Below, piece after piece: positions 17,571 through 27,545 of a DNA stretch of 44,725 nucleotides (its first letter is position 1; the number at the start of each line of letters is the position of its first letter). The stretch spans positions 1 through 44,725 of IMG/VR virus record IMGVR_UViG_3300036987_000532; one strand, written 5' to 3'. Both the position numbers and the translations under genes were made by a program. Below the pieces are notes generated by a model. That model was not told where the DNA came from. It saw only the letters and a program-made list of their open reading frames with translations, and ran no database searches. The DNA is from a virus (lineage: Duplodnaviria > Caudoviricetes).

Positions 17571-20293
17571 TATCTGATACCTCGATTCATCATGCCGTAC
17601 TTGTACAAGATCGTGATGTTATTGATGACTGCACTTGTTGGTGTTCTGCTTCCTACTTTCATGATGATGAAATTGAAGTCTTTTTCTTTTGTTCTGACGG
17701 TGTATGACGATGCAATGGCCGTCAAGAATGTAAAGTTATTGAAGTCGATATCATCAAATGTGAATGATGAGAAGTTCAGTGATTGGATGTTTGATGAGAT
17801 GTTTCTTGTATCAAATCCAAACTCGATAGCACCTGTTGTAGAAGCATCTGCTGAGATAGTCATGCCTAAGAGTGTCTTGGCCACCATATTGCTTCCTAAG
17901 TCAAATATAGGCGTATAGAATATCATTTCGACTGGTTCATGAATGGTGATAACGAACGTGATCGGTGTATCGTTGTAGTTTGCCAAAACAACCATGTTCC
18001 CATTCTCACTCTTTTTCAATGAGAAGTTGTTATTATCAGGATCATGTTCTTTGATGTATAGTGTTGTGTTGGATAAATCAACAAGCAAGTTGACTGATGC
18101 TGTCGGTAACACTAATACATCATCTTCGTCTGATAACTGAAACCAATCCGTATCTTCATCGTAGTTTGTGATGTAGTACTTGGTATTTTCGGCTAAGCCA
18201 CTCGTTGTGATGTTGTCGATATATACTTCCATGCCCTCATATAACATCAGTTCGGTGCTTACTTGAGCCTTGTAACCATCGGATTCAATGACTAAGTTGC
18301 TATTATGAATCAATAGTTCAAACACTGATGCTTTGATTTCGTCGTTGACTTTGACCGGGATTTCACTGTTGTACACCAAGACTGAGTTTGAAAGTGTCAA
18401 CATAACATCGCCTTCAGTAGCACGTATCAAGGTTCGATCACTGTATTTGTCATCGAATACGCATACACGGCCTTCGCTTGATCCAAAATGTAATTGGTTA
18501 TTTGATACCAACCACGCACCAACCGGAATGTTGTTCCAAAAGTACCACTCGTAGTTGAACGTGTCATCCATATCTGATGCTGTTCTTATCTTTGCATCAG
18601 CCACAAATACATCCGATCCAATTGCAAGGTAGTACATATTGTCAAAAACGATTGCTTTCGCTTGAGTTCTTTCATAACTTGTATATGATGCAAGCTTCTT
18701 ATTGATATAGAGTGAACGCTCTCTAGCGTGTCTAGATTCGACTGAGACGTTCTCACCGAGTGTGATTGCATATACCCCTTGATGAGACATGAATAGATGG
18801 TCTCCGGTCAAGTTTTCAATGCTTAATGGTGCATCACATCCTATGTTCGCATCAATCGCTTTATCAATCAATCTATACGCTGTTGTCGTTGTTTCCGAAT
18901 CGGCTACAAGTTCGACAGTTCTGAAATATAGTCTAGATTCTCTTGCTCTACTGTCTTTGTAGATCACTAGACCTGTGTCTGATAACCTGTCATATCCAAC
19001 GATTGGATTATTTGTATTGCCTAGTACATTGACATATGTGTCCGGGAAGTATGTGAAATCGTATGCTTTAGAGTAGTGCTCTCTTGCACCACTTGCTAAG
19101 AACAATTGGTTTGTAGTTCCATAGATGCCGAAGATGATCCCTTGTGTTGCATTGTATATACCTGAAGCATCGACAACATCAGCTGATTCGTATGTGACAA
19201 CGATATTGTCAGCACCTAACAATGTTGGTTCAGTCGCCTCATAGAGTTTCAATACCCGGTATCCACCATATGCTGATACAGTCGAAAACACCTTCAGTTT
19301 CCAGTATGTAAATACGATTGTGTCTTCAAAGGTTGATGCAACACGTGCTACACCATTGCCTCTTGATTGATCCCATAAAGCACTATCAGCAAATAACAAG
19401 TAATTGACTACATCAACCGTAACAGGATCACTCGTTAGGTTGCTTAGATTCCACTTAACTGTTGCCAATTGATAGTCATATGCGGTTACTTCTTCCCATG
19501 TATAGTTCGCATTGGTTCCTAAGACCTCGACATTCATTTGCCCTTTGGCGTTTTCGACTATCTTATCTATTTCGTCTTTGTCAAACAAGTATCTTTCAAG
19601 CCCTGTCAGTTCCGGGAATGTTTCATAGTTCTTTTCCTTGAGTTCGTTATCATCGATGTACTCAATATCAACATAAACCTTGCTGATGATATATGGTTCA
19701 ATTTGTCTCACGTTTGAATCTAGTAACCATTCCAGATTGGTTGCATTTCGGCCTATGAGACTGTTTTTTCTCTTGATGGTCAATAAGTTGACTTCCTCAT
19801 GAGATGCTCTTGAGACCACCGTAGATGCTGTGTCATCGATTGAAATGGTTGTCGTTGGAATATATGCGTTATCTCTTACTTCGCTGATGGTGTATGTGAC
19901 GGTTCCACCTTCGATGCTCTCAGTCATCACGAGATACATACCACAACCGATAATATATACCTTGCCATCAAAGTCAAAAAACTTCACATTCTCGTTTGCA
20001 ACCGTTGCTGCTGTGAATAGAGTGGTATGAGATGAATAATCCATCTCAAGTCTATAGAATTTGTTTCCTGATCTGACAATATAGAATTCCTCAGCACCTT
20101 TGAAATGGTGCATTGCTGTGACAGGATTCGTGAATTTATATTTCTCGATCCAACCTGGTCTCTTTTTCATTGTTCCATAGTCAGATAGGAAGTTCTTGCC
20201 TGCAACAGCACGCTTTGGATGCACTTTCAATGGTGATGTCGTGAAATCGACACCGAGAAAACTATCTATTGTGAATGTTTTTCTATCTACCAC
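17570..20293 (-). CDS. Tail nozzle / packaged-DNA stabilisation protein (P22 gp10 / T7 gp12-like)
   Basis: 907 aa, beta-rich, N-terminal FLGVD...N...GTMKKRPG pattern typical of podophage nozzles, located after the adaptor gene. GTG start. Confidence 0.7.
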   Translation of the reverse strand: MVDRKTFTIDSFLGVDFTTSPLKVHPKRAVAGKNFLSDYGTMKKRPGWIEKYKFTNPVTAMHHFKGAEEFYIVRSGNKFYRLEMDYSSHTTLFTAATVANENVKFFDFDGKVYIIGCGMYLVMTESIEGGTVTYTISEVRDNAYIPTTTISIDDTASTVVSRASHEEVNLLTIKRKNSLIGRNATNLEWLLDSNVRQIEPYIISKVYVDIEYIDDNELKEKNYETFPELTGLERYLFDKDEIDKIVENAKGQMNVEVLGTNANYTWEEVTAYDYQLATVKWNLSNLTSDPVTVDVVNYLLFADSALWDQSRGNGVARVASTFEDTIVFTYWKLKVFSTVSAYGGYRVLKLYEATEPTLLGADNIVVTYESADVVDASGIYNATQGIIFGIYGTTNQLFLASGAREHYSKAYDFTYFPDTYVNVLGNTNNPIVGYDRLSDTGLVIYKDSRARESRLYFRTVELVADSETTTTAYRLIDKAIDANIGCDAPLSIENLTGDHLFMSHQGVYAITLGENVSVESRHARERSLYINKKLASYTSYERTQAKAIVFDNMYYLAIGSDVFVADAKIRTASDMDDTFNYEWYFWNNIPVGAWLVSNNQLHFGSSEGRVCVFDDKYSDRTLIRATEGDVMLTLSNSVLVYNSEIPVKVNDEIKASVFELLIHNSNLVIESDGYKAQVSTELMLYEGMEVYIDNITTSGLAENTKYYITNYDEDTDWFQLSDEDDVLVLPTASVNLLVDLSNTTLYIKEHDPDNNNFSLKKSENGNMVVLANYNDTPITFVITIHEPVEMIFYTPIFDLGSNMVAKTLLGMTISADASTTGAIEFGFDTRNISSNIQSLNFSSFTFDDIDFNNFTFLTAIASSYTVRTKEKDFNFIIMKVGSRTPTSAVINNITILYKYGMMNRGIR

Positions 20294-20913
20294 AAGACAT
20301 CAACCACTTTCGTTTGATTTATCTCTTCTTCTTGATAGAGATTTGATACGGTTCCTTCAAACAATGCTCTTGCTTTCGATGCAAGGTCAGGCTCATCCTC
20401 TTCCAGTAGTTCACCTTTGATGAAATATGGAATTGCACGTGCAAGCTCATCTTCAATCAGCAATATTTGATCATCACCTAACGTTGTGATGTAGGGTAGT
20501 TTTTCCCAATAGATCAGTCTAAATGTGCCTGGTCTATTTTGTAGGATCAATGTTCTTCCTTCAATCTCATAAGTAACCTTAGAATCGGTAGGATAACCAT
20601 CTTCGTCTCTATATGTGATTCTTACGATGAAATCCACTGATGCAAAGGTTGAAGCATCCAAATCAAAATACAGGTAATTGTCTTCCGACATATCACCTTT
20701 ATTCAGTGTCAATGACTTCTTTGGTTGCTTTTTAAGTGATCTAAGTCTATCAAAGCAACGATTGATACTTCCATTCATGGCACGAAGATACTTACCATAA
20801 TTGTCGTTGATGACAAGTGTTGATAAGTTGCTAATCGTGTAATCATTTTTGTAGTCTGCAAACATCAATTTCAATGCTTCAATTTTGATATCGCCTAGTT
20901 TTGTCGTTTTCAT
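20287..20913 (-). CDS. Head-tail adaptor (tail tubular protein A-like)
   Basis: 208 aa, helix-beta-helix layout, between capsid genes and nozzle, RBS AAGGAG. Confidence 0.65.
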   Translation of the reverse strand: MKTTKLGDIKIEALKLMFADYKNDYTISNLSTLVINDNYGKYLRAMNGSINRCFDRLRSLKKQPKKSLTLNKGDMSEDNYLYFDLDASTFASVDFIVRITYRDEDGYPTDSKVTYEIEGRTLILQNRPGTFRLIYWEKLPYITTLGDDQILLIEDELARAIPYFIKGELLEEDEPDLASKARALFEGTVSNLYQEEEINQTKVVDVLW

Positions 20914-20930
20914 TTCAATCGCTCCTTTGA

Positions 20931-20964
20931 TAAAAAGGGAGACAAAGGGTATATTGTCTCCCTT
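20931..20964 (-). terminator. Rho-independent terminator after the capsid genes
   Basis: Perfect 11-bp stem AAGGGAGACAA (20935-20945) / TTGTCTCCCTT (20954-20964), running into a T-tract on the minus strand. Confidence 0.85.
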
Positions 20965-20976
20965 ATGTTGATCAAC

Positions 20977-21333
20977 TTACGGCAAGAAAATAACCGCTAC
21001 TTGGAGATTGGCATTCCCGGTGAGAATAACCTTCCCCTTGTCAGTGCCTGAAACATTCTTGAAGAAACCTGATTCAATTGAGAATGCTCTGGTTTCGCCA
21101 AATGGAATTGTGAATGAGATATCATTGATACCGTATTCTGAGTTCCCACCTTTGATAGTGAGGTCACGGTTGGTATCAGCCGATACGTTTTTCACAAGGA
21201 TCACGCCATGAACGTCTTTGCCATCCCATGCAATTTCGCCACCATCGGTGCCATCGAGTGCTGTGAAAGCAATCGCAGGTGTGAGTTTTTGGAACAAGCC
21301 AACCTTAGTTGGTGTAATAACTGCTTTAGCCAT
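20977..21333 (-). CDS. Probable capsid decoration/cement protein
   Basis: 118-aa beta-rich protein between the major capsid gene and the terminator, strong RBS AAGGAG. Confidence 0.6.
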   Translation of the reverse strand: MAKAVITPTKVGLFQKLTPAIAFTALDGTDGGEIAWDGKDVHGVILVKNVSADTNRDLTIKGGNSEYGINDISFTIPFGETRAFSIESGFFKNVSGTDKGKVILTGNANLQVAVIFLP

Positions 21334-21351
21334 GTGTTTTTACGCTCCTTC

Positions 21352-22230
21352 TTATAATGCAGCCGTGTCATACTTGACGTTCATGACAATGACTTCTTTT
21401 GGATAGATGATCTTTCCGTCATAAAGTGTCAAGCCCTTGACGGCATCTCCGAACTTACCTTGAAGTCTTTCGGCTTCAACTTCAGCGAATGGATTGGCAT
21501 ATCCGCAAGCATCCTTGGTGAATACTGGAATATAGTCAATCTGTGATGTGGTGTTGATGGTTCCACCATAAGCAACTGAGTTTGACAATACGAATGTCAC
21601 GCCATTGTATTTGCCAACAAAACCGTTCTTGAGTTTTTCGGAGTTGTCAGTGTCAAGGTCAGTGTATGCTTGCTTGAGCAATTTCTTGAATCTTGGAGTG
21701 ATGACGGCATACAACTGTGAAGATGTCATGCCTCTTTCTTCAGCCTTTTGGACGATCTTGTCGATTTCGCCCATGATGTTGGATTTGGTCAATGCAACTT
21801 CGGATCCTGTTGCGTAATGCTTGCCCGCTTCGGTCTTGTCTTTGAACAAGGATGCGAGGTACTTGTCAATCTTGAGAGCCTGCTTGTATGCTGCTCTTTG
21901 GCGTGCTTTTCCGAGCAAACCTTCGCCATTCATAGCAAGTTCTCTGTCGATGTCACCGACACCGAAGTAGAATGTGTCAGCTTGTTCGACCTTCATAACA
22001 AGTGATACGTCTTCTAGAGACTCGACATTACCTGCTGAGATAATGCCTTCCTTGTTGGAAACGGCTGTGATGGTTGGATCAGCAACGCCCATAAATACGA
22101 TTTCATCGCCTAACTTCGCTGCTTCGCCTGTATATTCTCTTGAGAACAGTTGTGCGAAGACTGTTTTTTGATCGATTTCACGCAAGAAATTCGCTGCGTG
22201 TACGGTCGGTTGAAAGTTTTTGAAACTCAT
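21352..22230 (-). CDS. Major capsid protein (HK97 fold, P22-coat-like)
   Basis: 292 aa with F.PT..A, REYTGE...GDE, G.VG.Y.G and DAVKGL.LYDGK patterns. Follows the scaffold gene, RBS AAGGAG. Confidence 0.85.
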   Translation of the reverse strand: MSFKNFQPTVHAANFLREIDQKTVFAQLFSREYTGEAAKLGDEIVFMGVADPTITAVSNKEGIISAGNVESLEDVSLVMKVEQADTFYFGVGDIDRELAMNGEGLLGKARQRAAYKQALKIDKYLASLFKDKTEAGKHYATGSEVALTKSNIMGEIDKIVQKAEERGMTSSQLYAVITPRFKKLLKQAYTDLDTDNSEKLKNGFVGKYNGVTFVLSNSVAYGGTINTTSQIDYIPVFTKDACGYANPFAEVEAERLQGKFGDAVKGLTLYDGKIIYPKEVIVMNVKYDTAAL

Positions 22231-22248
22231 GATAGGTATTCTCCTTCT

Positions 22249-23082
22249 TTATTTTTTGATTTTTTTGTGATACTCGATGGAGCGATTCACCTTATCCAGG
22301 TTTGCCTGTGTTTCCTTGAGTGTCATCTTGCTGATTTGCTCAAGACTGAAATACTCAGGTGGCACTGGATTGGTTCCTCCGATGGCTCCGACTGATGCAC
22401 GTTGTTTTGCAAGTGCTTTGGCGGCTTCTTCTTCAGCGGCCTTGATAGCGGCTTCTTTTTCAGCATCAGTTTTTGTTGCATACTTCTTTTGAAACTTCAG
22501 GAAGTCGTCATAGATTTCATTGAGTGGAATCGTGCCAACTTTTCCTTTTGCAAATATGGTGAAGTCTTCATCTTTGAGCAAATCATTCAATTTAACATCA
22601 GGGTGTGCAGCGATCAAGGCGTCAACCTCTTTTTGTGCTTGCTCTTCTCTTTGTTTTTGCTGTGTTTGCTTTTCATACAAAGTCTTCTTGTTCTTCTTCA
22701 GATACTCAGGGAAGTCTTTGATTGGATCGCCCTTTTCAAGTTCAATTTGTCTCATCACCACGTATGTTTCTACATCGTCCTCGTCAGCAATCGGCTTATT
22801 GGTATAAGGATTCGTGCCTACGGTTTCGATGATGGTTTTGATCCGTTCTTGTTTCTTAGCAAGTTCAATCTCTTCGTTTCTTTCCTTTTCTCTACGCTTC
22901 CGAGCTTCTTCAGCATTGCGTTGCTTCTCAGCCTCGACTTTTGCTTGTTCAGCCGCTTCTTTTGCAAGACGTTCGGCTTCTAACTCTTCGGCTGTTTTTT
23001 GGCTGTTCGCTGCTTCCTCAGCCTGTTTTTTTTTCGCAGCCTCGTCATCTTCTGAAAACATTTGAATATTGATTTTGAGCAT
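22249..23082 (-). CDS. Capsid scaffolding protein
   Basis: E/K/A-rich coiled coil upstream of the capsid gene. Start re-called to MLKINIQMFSE (RBS GGAAGGGA). Confidence 0.8.
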   Translation of the reverse strand: MLKINIQMFSEDDEAAKKKQAEEAANSQKTAEELEAERLAKEAAEQAKVEAEKQRNAEEARKRREKERNEEIELAKKQERIKTIIETVGTNPYTNKPIADEDDVETYVVMRQIELEKGDPIKDFPEYLKKNKKTLYEKQTQQKQREEQAQKEVDALIAAHPDVKLNDLLKDEDFTIFAKGKVGTIPLNEIYDDFLKFQKKYATKTDAEKEAAIKAAEEEAAKALAKQRASVGAIGGTNPVPPEYFSLEQISKMTLKETQANLDKVNRSIEYHKKIKK

Positions 23083-23105
23083 TTTTTGGTTCCCTTCCAT
23101 TTTCC

Positions 23106-23119
23106 CGCGTTGGATGCGA
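23106..23119 (-). promoter_or_regulatory. Conserved hairpin motif TCGCATCCAAC(A)GCG, copy upstream of the scaffold gene
   Basis: Matches 28067-28084 upstream of terS in sequence, orientation and position relative to the RBS. Confidence 0.6.
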
Positions 23120-23150
23120 TGTATTTAATCCTTTATTCAAGGTTAAAACC

Positions 23151-23675
23151 TTATTCCGGTATAACTTCACGATAGCCGTAGTCGTATAAGATTTGCCTGA
23201 CATGCGATGTTTTGAAACTTGACAACCCTCTTCGGAAATCCATAATATTTCGTTCGAGTTTCATATTCGTCAAGCTTGTGATCCATCCTGAATTGTATAG
23301 TGATAATTCAACATAGACTTCGTTACGCCTATCCATGAATATGATGTCTATTTGTTCAATATACATCACTTGTCTTGTAGTGGTTTCTTCATTCAAATAC
23401 ACTGTTACTTGAGTCATAGTTTCAGTTTCATCTTCATAGATCATAAGGTCGATGGTTTCCTTACTATGTCTTATAAATTGTACAGTGCCTATATACTCAG
23501 CATCTAGTTCTTCGTCCTCATAAACGAGGTCTTCATACTGAACATCAAAATATTGAAGTGCTGATTCAATATCTTGAACGGATTGTTCCCTAAAGACCTT
23601 TTCCTCATCGGTCTTCCAACACCCTACAAGTAGAAGTGTCAATATGAAGATGAGTATAAACATTGATCGTTTCAT
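23151..23675 (-). CDS. Lipoprotein inserted between portal and scaffold genes
   Basis: MKR, hydrophobic stretch, lipobox LVGC, acidic mature domain, ATGA overlap with the portal stop. Confidence 0.75.
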   Translation of the reverse strand: MKRSMFILIFILTLLLVGCWKTDEEKVFREQSVQDIESALQYFDVQYEDLVYEDEELDAEYIGTVQFIRHSKETIDLMIYEDETETMTQVTVYLNEETTTRQVMYIEQIDIIFMDRRNEVYVELSLYNSGWITSLTNMKLERNIMDFRRGLSSFKTSHVRQILYDYGYREVIPE

Positions 23676-25594
23676 TCTTTGTTCCCTCCAGTGCCCATGT
23701 ACTGATTCAATTTATTTGCAAATAATGTTGCATCTTGTTTGGCAGCGTCAACCTCAAGTTTTGACTGTTCAATGACTTGACTTGCTTGTTGCATTGCTGT
23801 GATGTACTCAGTTGACATAGAGATAATCAATTCATTAAGTCTCTTGATCTCTTGATTCATCTGTGCACCTTTTTTGACGATTTCGTCTTGACCTGAGATG
23901 ATTTCAGCGGCTTGCAACAGTTGCTGTTTCATGTTCTCATTGTCTCTTGCTAGAGTTGCTATCTGGCTTTGTTCTTGCTCATTTAGCATCTCGATGATGT
24001 CATCCTTATACCCACCTAAGACCTTCTCAGGAAGCATATTGATGTATGTCTTGGCCACGATTGGATTCTCTAAGACTTTGCTTTGGAGGATCGAATCTAG
24101 TGTTTGTATTGTCGATAGTTCTGAATACATCGCACCTTGACCTGCTGTTGCAATCACATCAAACTTCTTGCCAAACAGTTGATTTGGATCGAACTGTTGT
24201 TTGATGGTTTCTTTTTTCTTTTTGACATAGAACTCAGTTGGTTCATAGTAGAACTTGTAGAACTGAAACATGACGAGTGCTTGCTTTTGTTTTGTGTACC
24301 AGAAGCGTTGACGATAGTCTTCAAGTGGTTGCTGAGCTTGTGTTTGAAGTTGTGCGATTGCTGCACCACTCATGTTCTTGCCTAGTACTTCACCACTCAT
24401 GACCTCAGTTGCACCTGTTGTCGTTCTAATCAACCCAACGAACATATCAACGAAATTGAGGTTATCTGATGGAATGTTTCCGACATCCAGTCTCTTGATC
24501 CCCCAATCACTTCCTGCTGAGTTATCAGTGATCACTTGGTCAGGTGCATTTGTGATAGATTCACCTTCAGCAAGTGCACCACGTTTCTTCATCCATCCAC
24601 CTAGTGCCATATCACGTCTTGCTTTTTGATAGTATGCGAGGTCTCTATTGACGATGTTTTGATTCTCAATCATGTCTTCGACCAATCCGATGCCATAGAT
24701 TGAGTTTTCTCTCTCTTCAAACACGCCCACGACAATTGGATAGAGGTTGAACTTATCTTCACTATCTAGAGTTGTTTCTTGTGCTGTCGATGCTAGCCCG
24801 GTATTTGCTTCATCTTCATTCTTGATGCCTTTGATATCCCTCAAAGCCTTCTGAATATCAGGTTTGATAGGCTTTGCATCGTGTATGATAGCACCACGTG
24901 TTGATTTGACAACATAGACCTCACCTTTATGTCTGAAGTATCTCGTAAGCACCGTGACATACTGAGTGCCTTGCTGTTCTTCTTCCATGTATGGTGATTC
25001 ACTTTGGTCAGCCATGATGATATCAGGATTGCCACCGTTTTGTATGACTTTTTCCTTAACAGCATCTAACTCTTCTCTTGATGGAATGATGATCCACTTT
25101 TGCTTTTGTTCGTCTTCCTCTAGAGGATTCGATACAATGAAGTTTAGTGTATCTATTCTTTCAACATTCAAGCCACCGGGATGTTTTGCATCTCTACCTT
25201 GCTTGTCGTTATCCCAGTAGTAATGATAGATGTATGTGCCCTTTTTGACACCTGAACTGAACGCTTTACGATCAACCTCAGGCATCTTGAGTTCGGCTTC
25301 CATATACTCATGCCAATCATTGAGTATCTTTGTATCTGAACCATCCTCAGCGGTGAAGATGACCTTGACTGGTGTGTTCAGCACGCCACTCTTGATGTTT
25401 CTTGAGATGAACTTTGTGATGTTTACAACAGGTCTTGGTAGATTCTTGGTTGCTTCAGTTGCTTTTGGCCATTGTCTGCCTTCATAGTAGTCAACGAACT
25501 TTGGAATGCCTTGAAGCAAACCGATGGTTTGGAGGTATGCACGACCATTGCTATATTCACCCCATATTTTGTTGGAATCAATATCAATCTTCAT
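23672..25594 (-). CDS. Portal protein (P22-like)
   Basis: YYEGRQW, PRPVVNI and SGAAIAQLQ motifs plus a C-terminal coiled-coil barrel. Start re-called to MKIDID (ATGA overlap, RBS GGGAG). Confidence 0.9.
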   Translation of the reverse strand: MKIDIDSNKIWGEYSNGRAYLQTIGLLQGIPKFVDYYEGRQWPKATEATKNLPRPVVNITKFISRNIKSGVLNTPVKVIFTAEDGSDTKILNDWHEYMEAELKMPEVDRKAFSSGVKKGTYIYHYYWDNDKQGRDAKHPGGLNVERIDTLNFIVSNPLEEDEQKQKWIIIPSREELDAVKEKVIQNGGNPDIIMADQSESPYMEEEQQGTQYVTVLTRYFRHKGEVYVVKSTRGAIIHDAKPIKPDIQKALRDIKGIKNEDEANTGLASTAQETTLDSEDKFNLYPIVVGVFEERENSIYGIGLVEDMIENQNIVNRDLAYYQKARRDMALGGWMKKRGALAEGESITNAPDQVITDNSAGSDWGIKRLDVGNIPSDNLNFVDMFVGLIRTTTGATEVMSGEVLGKNMSGAAIAQLQTQAQQPLEDYRQRFWYTKQKQALVMFQFYKFYYEPTEFYVKKKKETIKQQFDPNQLFGKKFDVIATAGQGAMYSELSTIQTLDSILQSKVLENPIVAKTYINMLPEKVLGGYKDDIIEMLNEQEQSQIATLARDNENMKQQLLQAAEIISGQDEIVKKGAQMNQEIKRLNELIISMSTEYITAMQQASQVIEQSKLEVDAAKQDATLFANKLNQYMGTGGNKE

Positions 25595-25872
25595 TTTTTG
25601 TCTCCCTCTCCACTTACCCATTGATCATATGTTGATAGTTTTGGTTTGCTACCCTCTTGAATAGCCGATACACCTGCAATAGTGTTCAGCTTGGCAACCT
25701 TTGCTTCAAGCGATGCGATTGTTTCTTCCAGTTGCTTGAGTTGTATCCTCAAACCATGTATCTCAATCGATTGCTTGTCGATGAGTTCTTTGTTTGCTGA
25801 ATGATTCGCATATATCTCTTTGATCAACCCTTGATTGTGATCCTTATTTCTGTTCTTAAATAGTGCTACCAT
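25591..25872 (-). CDS. Small coiled-coil protein between terL and portal
   Basis: 93 aa, heptads, overlaps both neighbours. Confidence 0.65.
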   Translation of the reverse strand: MVALFKNRNKDHNQGLIKEIYANHSANKELIDKQSIEIHGLRIQLKQLEETIASLEAKVAKLNTIAGVSAIQEGSKPKLSTYDQWVSGEGDKK

Positions 25873-27545
25873 TCGTCAAGACCTCCGTCTGTTGTAGTCT
25901 TTTTTCTACCAAAGAACGCTTGTATGACATCCACTTTTTCCTTCTCATGTTTTTGCCATAGAGATGATTGCTGATGTGATATAGCGTGTGCTATCATTGT
26001 TGCCATGATCATGTCGTCATGCTTACCTTCAATCGCTTGTGCCTTGCCTTTATCATCCTTGACGAATGTCAGCATCTCTCTAAGCGTTGTGATGTCTCTA
26101 ATCACGTGTATATTTTCCCTTACAATGTCTTTGAAATGTTCAATCATTGCAGGTCTTGTCAATACCGTTGTTTTGAACCCTAAGGATTCAACCATGACTT
26201 TAGAGATGTTGTCGATGTTTTCTCTTGCATACTGTCTAGCACCTAGTTCCATCAATCGTCTTGTAGGATAGATTGAGTAGTTCACTTCGATGCCTATCAA
26301 TGCCTTGTGATAATAGTGTGCCAGGCAATACATTTGCTCAGCGTATAAGCCTTCATCAACTCGTTGTTTGATGTAAACAGCAGCATCCTTCTTAGTGATG
26401 TTATTGATCACCTTGGCCGTGAAGTAGTCTTCACCAACGCCTGCCGTGTCACCACCTAATACATACGGTGCTATTCTTGTTTCTCTCTCATCAACTTGCA
26501 CGACTGGTTTCTCATACAATGTGATGTCACCATATGGATCATCAACCCATCTGATGGTTTCATCTATAATCAGTAACTTGTCATCCTTGATGTGTGTCTC
26601 ATATGTGAAATACCCTTTGCCAACAGGTTTGTCCTTCTTGATGTGCTCAATGTGATTGATTACACGTTCGTTGTTAAATACGCTGTCACCACTGAATATG
26701 AATGCTTCTAGTGGATTGCTTGGATACTCTTGCTTAAACTTCGATAAGTCATTGTTAAGTTTGTTCTTGATGGTGCTTCTACGCCATGCCAATTGACCAT
26801 CACTCAGATTGTAGAGTTCTTTGAGTTCTTGCTCATTGCCATAACGCTCGATGTCTTCATTGATGATGAACCCGGTTGGATCCATCACATACTCTTCATG
26901 CTGATGCCATGCAGCGAATATCGGTATATAATCGTTTTCACCATTGACGGCAGCATCCCAAATGTCTTTGAACTTGTTGAACCCTTTTGCTGTTGACTCT
27001 AGAAATATCATCGAGTTTTCATTGTCCGGAACAGCTTGAAGCAATCCATCGAGTGTTTCTGATATGTCACCTGGCCAAAACGCTACTTCCGATGCGTGTA
27101 AGATGTTGATCGTTGCTGAACGTCCAATGCCTTGACCACCTGCTGTATAGCATACGATACTTGATTTCAACTCACCAAACTGTAAGCCATAACCTGTGTA
27201 TGATTCAGTCTTTGGCTTGAGTTCAGGGATCAGATTGTCATAATATCTTCTTGTCATCTCATAAAGGTTTCTGGTTGCATCATCCTTATGTGTGACTATC
27301 GCCATCTTGATATTGTTCTCAGTTGCTACTCTCTTAAAACCTATGCCTTCTACAAGTGTGCTGAAGCCCATCTGACGTGCTTTTAATACGATGAATCTAA
27401 GTGGCCGTCTCTTCTTTGATTCCTCTTTAATACGCTCATATAATGCTTCCTGAGGCATTGTGAACTTATCAAACAGTCTCAACTTTGAATTCTTATCAAC
27501 GATGAATAAGAAATTGTTGATATATGATTTCGTATTGACGCCCAT
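25866..27545 (-). CDS. terL: Terminase large subunit
   Basis: Walker A LKARQMGFST, Walker B LHASEVAFW, coupling motif ESTA, nuclease motifs GGDTAG and HDD. Confidence 0.95.
   Translation of the reverse strand: MGVNTKSYINNFLFIVDKNSKLRLFDKFTMPQEALYERIKEESKKRRPLRFIVLKARQMGFSTLVEGIGFKRVATENNIKMAIVTHKDDATRNLYEMTRRYYDNLIPELKPKTESYTGYGLQFGELKSSIVCYTAGGQGIGRSATINILHASEVAFWPGDISETLDGLLQAVPDNENSMIFLESTAKGFNKFKDIWDAAVNGENDYIPIFAAWHQHEEYVMDPTGFIINEDIERYGNEQELKELYNLSDGQLAWRRSTIKNKLNNDLSKFKQEYPSNPLEAFIFSGDSVFNNERVINHIEHIKKDKPVGKGYFTYETHIKDDKLLIIDETIRWVDDPYGDITLYEKPVVQVDERETRIAPYVLGGDTAGVGEDYFTAKVINNITKKDAAVYIKQRVDEGLYAEQMYCLAHYYHKALIGIEVNYSIYPTRRLMELGARQYARENIDNISKVMVESLGFKTTVLTRPAMIEHFKDIVRENIHVIRDITTLREMLTFVKDDKGKAQAIEGKHDDMIMATMIAHAISHQQSSLWQKHEKEKVDVIQAFFGRKKTTTDGGLDEW

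Noticed and set aside
23026-23035. Long T run (A run on the coding strand) as a phase-variation or frameshift site in the scaffold gene
   Set aside because: It encodes KKK in an intact frame, and I saw no supported alternative-frame product.
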